A DNA stretch of 64,000 bases from an uncultured Acidobacteriota bacterium (GCA_963796275.1 CAWCKY010000006.1:832001-896000), one strand, 5' to 3'; shown: positions 44,362-55,079, numbered from the stretch's first letter. The notes: a model not told the origin generated them from the sequence alone. Program-made: numbers and translations.

Positions 44362-46884
44362 TCACTGACACCCGATCGAGGTCGTCAACACGTTGATCGG
44401 CCTCAGCACCCCGTCAGGCCCGCGGAGGAACCAGACCGCCAGGTTGCTGCCGCTCGCGTTGAAGGTCACGCTGAAGGCGTTGGCCACGAGACCGGGCTGG
44501 AAGACAGTCGTCTGGCCGCGGTTCTGATTGCCCGGGGTGAAGAAGTTGTTCGCCCCCACCGGGATCGTCACCGCCGCGCCGGTCGAGTTATCGTAGCCAA
44601 AGCGCGCCGTGTAGGTGCCGTTGTGGTTGCGCTTCACGCAGTTCAGGATGGGGACGACGGTGGCCGGGATGGTCACCGTGTAACTGCGCGTAGCCACACA
44701 GGGCGAGCCATTCTGCTCGGCCTCGATGGTGAAGCTGAAGGTTCCGGGGGTAGTCGGCAATCCTGCGATGGCCGTGACGCCGTGCACCGTCACCAACTGC
44801 AAACCAGGAGGCAGCGCTCCCGCAGATACGCTGAAGGAGTAATTGCCGGCGGGCGTGGCGGAAAGAATCCTGAGATAAGGCACGGCCAGGTGAGGCTGGG
44901 GCAGCGTGGGCGGGTTGATGGTGATGCCGCAGGTATCGGCGGCGAACACATAGGCCGAGCCTTGATTGCTGCCCGCTGCGCCATCATCACTCGGTGCGCC
45001 GACCACGATCGTCTCCCCGCTGATCGCCACCGAGTTGCCGAGTTGGTCATTTGCCGCCGCGTCCGAGGCCTCGAGCTTCTGCTGCTGGCTCCATACTCCG
45101 CCGCTGCGCACAAAGACATAGGCCGAGCCTTGACCGCCGCCCGCTGCGCCAGAATCATCCCGCACGCCGACCACGATCGTCTCCCCGCTGATCGCCACCG
45201 AGAAGCCGAACCGGTCACCCCCCACCGGGTCCGTAGCCTCCAGCTTCTGCTGCTGGTTCCAGATTCCGCCGCTGCGCACAAAGACATAGGCCGAGCCTTG
45301 AGTGCTGCCCACTGCGCCAGAATCAAACCGCGCGCCGACCACGATCGCCTCCCCGCTGATCGCCACCGAGAAGCCGAACTCGTCATCTCCCTCCGCGTCC
45401 GCGGCCAGGAGCTTCTGCTGCTGACTCCACACTCCGCCGCTGCGCACAAAGACATAGGCCGAGCCTTGATCGGGGCCTGTTGCGCCAGAATCAAACCGCG
45501 CGCCGACCACGATCGCCTCCCCGCTGATCGCCACCGAGAAGCCGAACTCGTCATTTGCCGCCGCGTCCGATGCCTCGAGCTTCTGCTGCTGGCTCCAGAC
45601 TCCAGCGCTACGCACAAAGACATAGGCCGAGCCTTGAGCGCCACCTGCTACGCCGTCATCTTGCGACGCGCCGACCACGACCGTCTCCCCGCTGATCGCC
45701 ACCGAGGTGCCGAACTGGTCATTCTCCGCTGCGTCCGAGGCCTCGAGCTTCTGCTGCTGGCTCCATACTCCGCCGCTGCGCACAAAGACATAGGCCGAGC
45801 CTTGATTGCCCGCTGCGCCAGAATCAGCCCGCGCGCCGACCACAACCGTCTCACCGCTGATCGACACCGAGCCACCGAAGCTGTCACCTGCCGCCGCGTC
45901 CGTAGCCTCCAGCTTCTGCTGCTGGCTCCAGACTCCGCCGCTGCGCACAAAGACATAGGCCGAGCCTTGTTCGATGCCCGCTGTACCATCATCATCCCGC
46001 GCGCCGACCACGACCGTCTCCCCGCTGATCGCCACCGACTCGCCGAACCGGTCACCTTCCGCCGCGTCCGCGGCCTCCAGCTTCTGCTGTTGCGTGAAGG
46101 TCGGATCGATCGTCACCGGATAGATCGCTCCTTCGTCCCCCACCTCCAGCTTCACCTCATCTCCGGCCACCTTCATCCGCGCCTCCAGCTCTCGCCCCAG
46201 CGCATCGAACGCCTGCAGCTTCTCATAGCGCAACCCTGCTCCCGCCACTCTTCCATTCAACAGGATCGCCTGACCGCTCTCCGCCAGCCTCGCCTGCAAA
46301 TCTCCGCTCAGCTTCAGCCACAGATTCAACTTCTCTCCGGCGCCTCTCTCCCCGGGGGCTTGCCGGATCGTGAATCCATGCTCCAATCCTTCTGCCTGAT
46401 TGACATACCACTCCATCAGCGCGCCGCCCTCGCTCGTCAGCCTCTCATACTCGATCCGCTCGCCACTGACTTTCAGGCCGGCGGAGGTCACGACCTTCTT
46501 CCGCTCGCCGTAGCCGTGAGCGGTCAGCTTCATCCCCAACTGCCACTCCTGCCCCTTCCGGCTCGCTCCCTTCAACTCCACGCCTTCTCGCGTGAAGATG
46601 ATTCGATAGCCCTGCTCGGGGTTGGAAGCTTGGTATCCGCCTGCTTTCCGCTCCTCGAGCTGATAGCGCGCCGCCGTCACTGCGGCTGCGAGCGAGTGGT
46701 AGAGTCCTGATTGTTTGAGATGACCGATGGCCGCTTCGCCGCGCAGGGTCGGCAGCAGAGGGGCGGCTTTGTTGGCGGAACTGGCGCCGGCGGTCCGACC
46801 CGGAGTCAGACCGATGTAGCAGCCGATCAACGCGATCGCCGCGATGATCAGAAAACGCGTAATGTAAGTCCTTTGATTTTTCAT
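44362..46884 (-). CDS. Secreted FG-GAP repeat (7-blade integrin-alpha-like propeller) protein with N-terminal beta domain and C-terminal Ig-like domains; paralog A
   Basis: Signal peptide; EWYVN...GLEHGF...YPVTIDP domain. Seven ~56-aa repeats QQQKL.A.D....D.FG.SVAISGETxVVGA......QGSAYVFVRSGGVWS. LPPGLQL...IAG.PTTPGTFSFTI (He_PIG-like). Confidence 0.92.
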   Translation of the reverse strand: MKNQRTYITRFLIIAAIALIGCYIGLTPGRTAGASSANKAAPLLPTLRGEAAIGHLKQSGLYHSLAAAVTAARYQLEERKAGGYQASNPEQGYRIIFTREGVELKGASRKGQEWQLGMKLTAHGYGERKKVVTSAGLKVSGERIEYERLTSEGGALMEWYVNQAEGLEHGFTIRQAPGERGAGEKLNLWLKLSGDLQARLAESGQAILLNGRVAGAGLRYEKLQAFDALGRELEARMKVAGDEVKLEVGDEGAIYPVTIDPTFTQQQKLEAADAAEGDRFGESVAISGETVVVGARDDDGTAGIEQGSAYVFVRSGGVWSQQQKLEATDAAAGDSFGGSVSISGETVVVGARADSGAAGNQGSAYVFVRSGGVWSQQQKLEASDAAENDQFGTSVAISGETVVVGASQDDGVAGGAQGSAYVFVRSAGVWSQQQKLEASDAAANDEFGFSVAISGEAIVVGARFDSGATGPDQGSAYVFVRSGGVWSQQQKLLAADAEGDDEFGFSVAISGEAIVVGARFDSGAVGSTQGSAYVFVRSGGIWNQQQKLEATDPVGGDRFGFSVAISGETIVVGVRDDSGAAGGGQGSAYVFVRSGGVWSQQQKLEASDAAANDQLGNSVAISGETIVVGAPSDDGAAGSNQGSAYVFAADTCGITINPPTLPQPHLAVPYLRILSATPAGNYSFSVSAGALPPGLQLVTVHGVTAIAGLPTTPGTFSFTIEAEQNGSPCVATRSYTVTIPATVVPILNCVKRNHNGTYTARFGYDNSTGAAVTIPVGANNFFTPGNQNRGQTTVFQPGLVANAFSVTFNASGSNLAVWFLRGPDGVLRPINVLTTSIGCQ

Positions 46885-47059
46885 ACTTGCCTCCTCTTTG
46901 AAATTTAGAGATCGAGTTAGAGACTATTTCATTGTGGTTGCAGCAACCGCTGCAGGTGTCGAGCAGATTCTCTTTGACCACCCGGCATGTGCAGCCTGAT
47001 CGGGCAGGCGTGGGAGTCCTGCATCTCGACACGCCGGTCCGATCAGGCCGCGCCGAGCG

Positions 47060-49585
47060 TCACTGACACCCGATCGAGGTCGTCAGCACGTTGACCGGCC
47101 TCAGCACCCCGTCAGGCCCGCGGAGGAACCAGACCGCCAGGTTGCTGCCGCTCGCGTTGAAGGTCACGCTGAAGGCGTTGGCCACGAGACCGGGCTGGAA
47201 TACCGTCGTCTGGCCGCGGTTCTGATTGCCCGGGGTGAAGAAGTTGTTCGGTCCCATCGGGATAGTCACCGCCGCGCCGGTCGAATTATCGTAGCCGAAG
47301 CGCGCCGTGTAGGTGCCGTTGTGGTTGCGCTTCACGCAGTTCAGGATGGGGACGACAGTGGCCGGGATGGTCACCGTGTAACTGCGCGTAGCCACACAGG
47401 TCGTGCCATTCTGCTCGGCCTCGATGGTGAAGCTGAAGGTTCCGGGAGTGGTCGGCAATCCTGCGATGGCCGTGACGCCGTGCACCGTCACCAACTGCAA
47501 TCCGGGAGGCAGCGCTCCCGCGGATACGCTGAAGGAGTAATTGCCGGCGGGCGTGGCCGAAAGAATCCTGAGATAAGGCACGGCCAGGTGAGGCTGGGGC
47601 AGCGTGGCCGGGTTGATGGTGATGCCGCAGGTATCGGCGGCGAACACATAGGCCGAGCCTTGATTGATGCTAGCTGCGCCATCATCAAACGGCGCGCCGA
47701 CCACGATCGTCTCCCCGCTGATCGCCACCGAGCGGCCGAAGAAATCACCTGCCGCCGCGTCGGCGGCCTCGAGCTTTTGCTGCTGGCTCCAGACAACGCC
47801 GCTGCGCACGAAAACATAGACCGAGCCTTGATCGCTGCCAGCTGCGCCGGAATCAAACGGCGTGCCGACCACGACCGTCTCACCGCTGATCGCCACCGAG
47901 AAGCCGAACTGGTCAAATTCCGCTGGGTCCGAGGCCTCGAGCTTCTGCTGCTGGCTCCAGACTCCAACGCTGCGGGCAAAGATATAGGCCGAGCCTTGAA
48001 AGAGGCCCGCTGCGCCAGAATCAAACCGCGCCCCGACCACGATCGTCTCCCCGCTGATCGCCACCGACTCGCCGAACCCGTCACCTTCCGCCGCGTCGGC
48101 GGCCAGAAGCTTCTGCTGCTGACTCCAGACTCCGCCGCTGCGCACGAAGACATAGGCCGACCCTTGATTGATCCCCCCTGCGTCATCATCAAACACCGCG
48201 CCGACCACGACCGTCTCCCCGCTGATCGCCAACGAGTTGCCGAACCCTTCGCCCTCCGCCGCGTCGGCGGCCTCCAGCTTCTGCTGCTGGCTCCAGACTC
48301 CAGCGCTGCGCATAAAGACATAGGCCGCCGAGCCTTGATTGGAGCCGACCACGACCGTCTCCCCGCTGATGGCCACCGAGACGCCGAAGCTGTCATCTGA
48401 CGCCGGGTCGGCGGCCTCCAGCTTCTGTTGCTGGCTCCAGACTCCAGCGCTGCGCACGAAGACATAGGCCGAGCCTTGAGCGAAGCCCGCTGCGCCATCA
48501 TCAAACGGCGCGCCGACCACGATCGTCTCCCCGCTGATGGCCACCGAGACGCCGAAGCTGTCATCTGCCGGGTCGGCGGCCTCCAGCTTCTGCTGCTGGC
48601 TCCATACTCCAGCGCTGCGCACGAAGACATAGGTCGAGCCTTGAAAGAGACCCGCTGCGCCAGAATCACCCGGCACGCCGACCACGATCGTTTCCCCGCT
48701 GATCGCCACCGAAGTGCCGAACAGGTCATCTGCCGCCGCGTCCGCGGCCAGAAGCTTCTGCTGTTGCGTGAAGGTCGGGTCGATCGTCACCGGCCAGAGC
48801 GCGTCGCGGTCGTCCACCTCCAGCCAGACCTCACCCCTATCCATCCTCGCCGCCATTCGCGCCGCCAGCTCACGCCCTCCTGCGTCCATCACCACCAGGT
48901 GGTCGTATCTCATCACCCGCTGCCCCTTATCGTCTGTGAGCTCCAGCGCCTGCCCAGCTTCCACTTCCTCCGCTCGCAACTCTCCCTCCAGCGCGAGCGT
49001 CACCCGCAGCCGCTCCCCTTCTCGCCGCTCTCCCGGCGCTGACTCGAGCGTGAAGCCCTGCTCCAGACCCCCTGCCGTGTTCTGATACCACTCGGTGATT
49101 TGTAATTGATGACTTGAAATCTCCCATTGGCGCACTTGATGCTCGATCTCGGTGCGGTTGCCTCTACTCCTGAGCCGACCTCCGCTCACCGTCAGCTGCC
49201 GCTCGCCGTAACCGGCGCTGCGCAGCTTCATCCCCAGCCGCCACTCTGGTCCCGTCCGGCTCGCGCCTCTCAGCTCCACACCTTCTCGCGTAAAGATAGT
49301 TCGGTAGCCCTGCTCCGGGTTGGAAGCTTGGTAGCCGCCTGCTTTCCGCTCCTCCATCTTATAGCGGGCTGCCGTCACCGCGGTTGCAAGCGAGTGGTAG
49401 AGTCCTGATTGTTTGAGATGTCCGATGGCCGCCTCGCCGCGCAGGGTCGGCAGCAGTGGGGCGGCTTTGTTGGCGGAACCGGAGGAGCCGGCGGTCCGAC
49501 CCGGAGTCAGACCGATGTAGCAGCCGATCAGCGCGATCGCTGCGATGATCAGAAATCGCGTAATGTGAGTCCGTTGATTTTTCAT
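47060..49585 (-). CDS. Secreted FG-GAP repeat protein; paralog B
   Basis: ATG 49585 with GGAGG RBS. Same architecture with seven repeats. N- and C-termini nearly identical to paralog A. Confidence 0.92.
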   Translation of the reverse strand: MKNQRTHITRFLIIAAIALIGCYIGLTPGRTAGSSGSANKAAPLLPTLRGEAAIGHLKQSGLYHSLATAVTAARYKMEERKAGGYQASNPEQGYRTIFTREGVELRGASRTGPEWRLGMKLRSAGYGERQLTVSGGRLRSRGNRTEIEHQVRQWEISSHQLQITEWYQNTAGGLEQGFTLESAPGERREGERLRVTLALEGELRAEEVEAGQALELTDDKGQRVMRYDHLVVMDAGGRELAARMAARMDRGEVWLEVDDRDALWPVTIDPTFTQQQKLLAADAAADDLFGTSVAISGETIVVGVPGDSGAAGLFQGSTYVFVRSAGVWSQQQKLEAADPADDSFGVSVAISGETIVVGAPFDDGAAGFAQGSAYVFVRSAGVWSQQQKLEAADPASDDSFGVSVAISGETVVVGSNQGSAAYVFMRSAGVWSQQQKLEAADAAEGEGFGNSLAISGETVVVGAVFDDDAGGINQGSAYVFVRSGGVWSQQQKLLAADAAEGDGFGESVAISGETIVVGARFDSGAAGLFQGSAYIFARSVGVWSQQQKLEASDPAEFDQFGFSVAISGETVVVGTPFDSGAAGSDQGSVYVFVRSGVVWSQQQKLEAADAAAGDFFGRSVAISGETIVVGAPFDDGAASINQGSAYVFAADTCGITINPATLPQPHLAVPYLRILSATPAGNYSFSVSAGALPPGLQLVTVHGVTAIAGLPTTPGTFSFTIEAEQNGTTCVATRSYTVTIPATVVPILNCVKRNHNGTYTARFGYDNSTGAAVTIPMGPNNFFTPGNQNRGQTTVFQPGLVANAFSVTFNASGSNLAVWFLRGPDGVLRPVNVLTTSIGCQ

Positions 49586-49658
49586 GCTCGCCTCCCGAGG
49601 TTTTTTCAAAAATAACGTTGATCGTTTGGCTCAAGACAGCTCCAGGCCGTCTCTCTTT

Positions 49659-49774
49659 AAAAGCTCTCTCTCACCGCGGAGACGCAGAGATCGCTTAGAC
49701 AGCGCAGAGAGAGGAGTATCTTCTCCACTAGAACTCCACCTTCCCAGCGCCTGCCGCGGTGGGGGAGAGCTTTT
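49659..49774. repeat. Long imperfect inverted repeat in the leader of FG-GAP paralog B (cgcagag-type REP-like element)
   Basis: aaaagctctctctcaccgcgg pairs with ccgcggtgggggagagctttt; internal cgcagaga x2. Confidence 0.7.
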
Positions 49775-50326
49775 CCTCAGCAAAGCGTCACGTAATTTCC
49801 AGACAACCTCTTGCTTGATGTTTAGAGCTGACATCGAATGGCGGTCAAAGATGTCGGCCGTGCCGAAAACAGACGAGGGAGTGGAGTATCTCGCCTTCTG
49901 ATTGATCCTGCGTTGACGGAAAGCAACGATGAACGCTGAAGAAATGTACGTTGATCGCGTGAGTCTACAGAGGGTTGTGTCACGCGAAGATTGTCAAAGA
50001 ACAAGTCCCTAGAGCCATCGGTCGTGGTCTTTTGATTTCAGTTACTGAACATCTGTAGACACAGATACACGCATCCTACGATCTGTTTCGTGGCAGATTT
50101 CTTTTCGTCCCTTACTTCTTTCCTCGGAAATTCTTTTTCCGGAAATCTACCCTATCGTTTGCGCGGGAACGTGCATTGGGCCCTTACTGTGGCTGTAAGA
50201 ATATGGCGTAATCGCTCACAAGCTTGGTACGGCAAAGTAACGAAGAACAGGGGATCCCCCGAATTGACCAAGAGTCTCAAAGCTTTGCTCGCCTCTTAAT
50301 ACACACCAAACTCAGAAAAGCTTCGC

Positions 50327-50989
50327 TCAGTAGAAAGTATTTTTTTCCAACCCTGATAATTCCCGCCGCAGCCTCCGCTTCGCGCGCCCCAACAGCGACC
50401 CGACGGCCTTGACCGAAAGGCCCAGCTCCGCCGCCGTTTCGGCGTAACTGCACTCTTCCTCATAGCACAGGATCAACGCCAATCGCTGATTGGGCGGTAG
50501 TTTGGCCATGGCTGCTGCCATGACAGCTCGCTGCTCTTCTTCCACCAGCTCTCCCTCCAAATCGTCGATTGCTGGCGCATCTTTTTGCTGTTCGATGAAC
50601 GTGCGATCCCTGGTGCTCCTGACAGCATTGCGGCAGAGATTGCCGAGAATTGCGAAGAACCAGGTCTTGAAAGAGGCGGCCTCCGGGTTGTACCGGTGCA
50701 CGTGGAGAAAGACTTTCAGGAAGGCTTCCTGTACCAGGTCTTCGGCCTCGGCCTGCCGTCCGGTAAATCTCCAGGCCAGTCGCAACGCGGACCCCTGGTA
50801 GCAATTGACCAGCGTTTCAAAAGCCTTTCCGTCACCAGTGAGTACTCTCGCTATCAGTTCCTCATCGGTCACGGCGATGGCGACGAGTTCACGCTCTTTT
50901 TTCGAGTTGATGGGCACACTTCTCCTGAAAGGTAATTGCTCGAAAAGCAACTCCAGTTTCCTGTCAGTCAGCCGGCTGAGCACAAACAA
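50327..50989 (-). CDS. ECF RNA polymerase sigma-70 factor (start uncertain)
   Basis: DEELIAR...GD..AFETLV, AEDLVQEAFLKV, SFKTW, LPPNQR, SYAETAAELGLSVKAVGSLLGRAK. No adjacent anti-sigma gene. Confidence 0.9.
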   Translation of the reverse strand: MFVLSRLTDRKLELLFEQLPFRRSVPINSKKERELVAIAVTDEELIARVLTGDGKAFETLVNCYQGSALRLAWRFTGRQAEAEDLVQEAFLKVFLHVHRYNPEAASFKTWFFAILGNLCRNAVRSTRDRTFIEQQKDAPAIDDLEGELVEEEQRAVMAAAMAKLPPNQRLALILCYEEECSYAETAAELGLSVKAVGSLLGRAKRRLRRELSGLEKNTFY

Positions 50990-51557
50990 CTGTTTGGCTC
51001 GTTTCTCGGCGGTCAGCCTCTGTTCTTTGTCACGGTTGAAAGAAGAGGGAATCCGGCAAGAGATTTCTCAGACTCACTACTCTGTTATGCCTCTTAATTT
51101 GGCGACCGAGGTAATATTCACGACCACAAACAACCACGTTTGCGGCATAGATGAGTGGCGGAACGAACGCAGGTGGTAATAGTCATGATCATCGATGGGC
51201 AACAATGATTCGCTAATCGAAACCTTCAAAATTCAATTGATCCGGATATGTCAGAGCCTGTTGCAGATCAAGAGGTACTTGATAGTAAAAATCACTGAAA
51301 GTTAGTCGGTCAAAAATCTTCGACATTGGGATACTACCTTTCTTCATTATGGTTTCTCAGCTGCATTATAGGGTGCCTCAGATTGCCGATGGTCTTCGGG
51401 AGCGCACTACCAGGTGGATCCGCACCCTCTTCCCACGATACCATCAATGCTATTAGCTGCCATCAGCCTTAAGATATGTTTTTATTGATAGCCTGGTCTT
51501 ACTATCTAGTGTATCTCTGGGTAGAGGCACCTCTCTACTCATGGTTAGAGAGGGACT

Positions 51558-52181
51558 TCACAAATGCACGAGGCCGCGTTTGATAGCGATAATCACTGCC
51601 TGAGTACGATCGGCCACCTGCAGCTTGCCCAACACACGATTGACATGTGTTTTAACGGTTCCATGAGCAATGTTCAGAGCAAACGCGATCTCTTCATTTG
51701 TCTTGCCCTTGGCCATCTCGCGTAATACCTCCAACTCGCGCCGGGTCAACTCAGTCCGGTAGACTCGATCCGCCAGCTTGGCCGCGATCTCCGGCGAGAG
51801 CCTGCGACCGCCATAATAAACCGCGCGGATAACCTCAACCAGATTTTCGATCGTTGTGCCTTTGAGGACATAAGATCTGGCGCCAGCGCGCAGCCCGCGG
51901 TGGATATATTCATCACCATCATAACAAGTCAATAAAACAATGCGCGCCTCCGGCACTTCCACCATAAGTTCCTCGGTTGCAGAGATACCGTCCATAACCG
52001 GCATGCGCAGATCCATCAAGGTTACATCAGGACGGTGCAGACGAAATAGCCGTAGCGCCTCCGCGCCATCAGCAGCGAGTGCTACTATTGTCAATCCTCC
52101 GACCCTCTCAAGGAGATCCGCTAACCCGACGCGCACCAAAGGATGATCATCTACAATCATTACTCGTATTGTGCTACTCAT
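51558..52181 (-). CDS. NarL/LuxR-family response regulator (orphan)
   Basis: VDDHPLVR, DVTLMDLRMP, YVLK, LTRRELEVL..MAKG.TNEEIA..L.I...TVKTHV. Confidence 0.93.
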   Translation of the reverse strand: MSSTIRVMIVDDHPLVRVGLADLLERVGGLTIVALAADGAEALRLFRLHRPDVTLMDLRMPVMDGISATEELMVEVPEARIVLLTCYDGDEYIHRGLRAGARSYVLKGTTIENLVEVIRAVYYGGRRLSPEIAAKLADRVYRTELTRRELEVLREMAKGKTNEEIAFALNIAHGTVKTHVNRVLGKLQVADRTQAVIIAIKRGLVHL

Positions 52182-52505
52182 ATTGATACCAGCTGGGCAA
52201 ACATCGCCATCCAGAGATAGCCCCACAATAGCTGCAGGAGAAGCATCGGCCTGTTTAATTGGTATCATGCTGGTGTGATGTTTAAGATTTCGGCTAAATG
52301 GCCGCTGGATACATATATCAATAATCGTGCCGGGAGCTAAAACATTGATTCTATTATCTAGTGGTATAGTCGAGTAGGTCTTTAACACTACAGTAGTCCC
52401 CCCCTTCGGCTTAAAGCGTGTGCTATCAATAATAATAAATGTGGATCCTATGCCTCACCTATTTCCTGATTCCTCGATATCTCATCTGGTTAACCACATT
52501 TACCT

Positions 52506-52523
52506 GTAGGGTATTTTCCCCAC
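52506..52523. promoter_or_regulatory. GTAGGG-N6-CCCYAC inverted repeat upstream of the response regulator (related copies 53643-53660 and 51521-51538)
   Basis: gtaggg tatttt ccccac; tcgggg aatttt ccctac; gtagag gcacct ctctac. Confidence 0.4.
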
Positions 52524-52571
52524 ATTCCTCTGATTCACGTCTTTGTGAGCTATTAGCTCTTCTTTCATCAC

Positions 52572-53567
52572 CTACTTGGAATGAAAAGTTCGAGGTTTGA
52601 TCCGATACTTTCTGAGAAGCCTGTATAAATCACCCCGATCTTTATCAGCTATCCGTGCCGCTTGAATGACATTACCACTGGTTTTACGCATCAGCTTGAT
52701 CAGGTAATCACGCTCAAACGCTTCGATGGCTTCTTTCTTCTGGATTCGCAGGGACCGCAGCCGCAGTTCCTCCTGGTTCGGATAAATCGGCACCCCCAAG
52801 TGTTCAGTATTAATAACCTCACCTCTGCACAAATAAATCGCACGGATAATCGCATTTTCCAGTTCTCTGACATTGCCCGGCCAATGATAATTAGACAATG
52901 CCGTATAGCCTTCCGGCGACAGCAGTAATTCCCGCTGATCAGGTGGTCGGTGTTTTTTCAGGAAGTGGGAGATTAGAATCGGCAAGTCTTCCAAGCGCTC
53001 GCGGAGCGGCGGCAAGTGGATGGAAAAGACGCTGAGCCTGAAGTAGAGGTCAGAACGAAATTTCCCTTCTCTCACCAAATTCGGGAGATCGGCATTCGTA
53101 GCTGCCATAATTCGAACGTTAGCCTCCTTCTCAATCGTACCCCCGATTAAGTGGTACTTCCTGTCCTGCAGGATACGGAGCAAAGCAACTTGTCCATTTA
53201 GCGGAAGGAAATCGATCTCATCGAGGAGGAGCGTGCCATTTTCTGCCAGGGCGAAGAATCCTGGCCGGTGCGTATAAGCATTCGTGAATGCGCCACGCTC
53301 GTGTCCGAAAAGCACGTCCTCCAACAGCGAGTTCTGCAGTAATCCGCAGTTGACTGCGATGAAAGGCTTGCCCGCCCGCGCACTAAAAGAGTGAATAGCC
53401 TGCGCCACCAGCTCCTTGCCCGTCCCGGTCTCCCCGCTGATCAATACAGGTGACTCAGATTTAGCAATGTCTGAAAGATGCTCGATGGCTCTGGTAAAAG
53501 ATGAAGCCCTGCCAACCAGGCTTGCGAAGCCATGTGAATGGGGCGAACCGCCCCCAAGTCTTTCCAT
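52572..53567 (-). CDS. Sigma-54-interacting enhancer-binding protein (Fis HTH) lacking an N-terminal sensor domain
   Basis: GETGTGKE, GAFTNA, LLDEID, FRSDLYFRL, WPGNVRELEN, C-terminal HTH. ATG 53567 has a GGAG RBS. Confidence 0.9.
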   Translation of the reverse strand: MERLGGGSPHSHGFASLVGRASSFTRAIEHLSDIAKSESPVLISGETGTGKELVAQAIHSFSARAGKPFIAVNCGLLQNSLLEDVLFGHERGAFTNAYTHRPGFFALAENGTLLLDEIDFLPLNGQVALLRILQDRKYHLIGGTIEKEANVRIMAATNADLPNLVREGKFRSDLYFRLSVFSIHLPPLRERLEDLPILISHFLKKHRPPDQRELLLSPEGYTALSNYHWPGNVRELENAIIRAIYLCRGEVINTEHLGVPIYPNQEELRLRSLRIQKKEAIEAFERDYLIKLMRKTSGNVIQAARIADKDRGDLYRLLRKYRIKPRTFHSK

Positions 53568-53875
53568 TAGTATTTCTCCAAATGGGGAAAGGCTAATTTC
53601 TAAACTTGCTTTTGCCATCAATAACTGAGGATGACCGAAGCATCGGGGAATTTTCCCTACCCTATAAGGACGCAATTCAGCAGTATTTTTGCCTAGTAGT
53701 AAAAAAAATAATTATTTTGTTGGCAAATACTTAAACGCTTCTGTAGGTGTGCCCAGATGACCGGATTCCGGCTAAACTGTAGATGCTGAGGATGTTAGTC
53801 GCCGGCGAGAGCCTATTACCACTCTCAGTGCTTGCTGAGCAGCAAGCATAAGCATTATGACCGAACAAATTATAC

Positions 53876-54709
53876 TTATGGGTGTTTCTCCTTTTCGAAC
53901 ATCCCACTGATTTCGGCATAGCTCACAGCATCGTCAGCAAATGCGAATGTCCCGCGTTCCCGCATCTCTCGGGCAGCGCGAAGAAACGCGCCAAGCGCGG
54001 CTCGCGAGAGGGCGCTGCCGACGCTGACCCGCTTCACCCCGATCTTTGACAACTCGGCGAGGCTTAATTGAACGCCCTTCAATCCCATCACGACATTGAC
54101 CGGACGATCGACGGATTTGACCACTGCCGCAATGTTATCCTCGCTCCCGAGGCCCGGAGCATAGAGCACATCGGCTCCGGCTTCCTGAAAAGCCTGAAGC
54201 CGTTTGATCGTATCTCGGAGATCGGGCCGTCCCCAGAGAAAGTTCTCCGCCCTTGCCGTCAGCGTAAAAGGAGAGGGAAGAGCGCGGGCCGCCGCTGCCG
54301 CAGCTCGGATTCGCTCGACCGCTATTTCGAACTGGTAAATCGGATCTTCAGGACGTCCGGTGGAATCTTCTATTGACCCGCCGGCAAGCCCCGCCGCGGC
54401 GGCGAGCCGGATAGTCTCCGTGACCGTCTCGGGAGCGTCTCCGAATCCATTCTCAAGATCGGCGCTTACGGGAAGGTCGGTCGCCGAGACGATGCTGGCC
54501 GCGTGTGCGAGCGTTTGGTCGCGGCCCAGCTGATAGTCTCTCTGACCGAGAGAGAACGCATACCCGGCGCTCGTGGTCGCCAGCGCCTCGAATCCAAGGT
54601 GCTCGAGCAGCCTTGCGGTGCCAATGTCCCATGGATTTGGGATAATGAACGCGTACTCCCGCTCATGGAGTGCGCGAAACGCGCTTGCCTTTTCTGTTTG
54701 TGTTCGCAT
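53876..54709 (-). CDS. Isocitrate lyase/PEP mutase family protein
   Basis: FRALH...[47 protein letters not shown]. Confidence 0.9.
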   Translation of the reverse strand: MRTQTEKASAFRALHEREYAFIIPNPWDIGTARLLEHLGFEALATTSAGYAFSLGQRDYQLGRDQTLAHAASIVSATDLPVSADLENGFGDAPETVTETIRLAAAAGLAGGSIEDSTGRPEDPIYQFEIAVERIRAAAAAARALPSPFTLTARAENFLWGRPDLRDTIKRLQAFQEAGADVLYAPGLGSEDNIAAVVKSVDRPVNVVMGLKGVQLSLAELSKIGVKRVSVGSALSRAALGAFLRAAREMRERGTFAFADDAVSYAEISGMFEKEKHP

Positions 54710-55079
54710 CAACGCTTCCTTCTTTCTCCTCAAACGTCCTGAGAATTTGGGCGGTCGCGATCAAGCGCCATGCCTGGTGCAGTTGAGAGGTGAGTTCCGC
54801 ATCTCGAACGCAATCGAGGTGAATGCCTATCCAGCCTCGTACGCCGACATAAGGCGGTTTAAAGAATTTCTCCGGCTCGGCCTCTATTAGCATGGCTTGA
54901 ATGCCGACGGGTGCAGGACACCAGACGGCGATGCGCCCATCGTTATGGTGATTATTGGCGAACATCGCGAACACTTTTTTGCCGACGAAGAAGGTCGGCT
55001 CGCCGTGCGATAATTTTTCCCAAGTTTCGGGCATTGCGAGACAGATGCGCCGAACTCGCAGGAGATGATCTACATTCAT
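54663..55079 (-). CDS. MmcQ/YjbR family protein
   Basis: [36 protein letters not shown]...[13 protein letters not shown]. Confidence 0.88.
   Translation of the reverse strand: MNVDHLLRVRRICLAMPETWEKLSHGEPTFFVGKKVFAMFANNHHNDGRIAVWCPAPVGIQAMLIEAEPEKFFKPPYVGVRGWIGIHLDCVRDAELTSQLHQAWRLIATAQILRTFEEKEGSVDANTNRKGKRVSRTP

Noticed and set aside
44940-48770. Regular ~168-bp repeats considered as a CRISPR array or DGR template/variable repeats
   Set aside because: The repeats are in-frame protein blades without unique spacers. No cas or reverse transcriptase gene is in the window, and I saw no adenine-specific variation pattern.
44623-49042. Long alternative-frame and antisense ORFs (695, 413, 359 and 284 aa) over the FG-GAP genes
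   Set aside because: These are shadow ORFs. A stop-free repeat unit copied many times in GC-rich DNA stays open in other frames, and they show no independent protein features.
54663-54760. Possible MmcQ-PEP mutase fusion via a frameshift
   Set aside because: Both ORFs are complete, with an AAGGA RBS before ATG 54709; a short overlap explains the arrangement.
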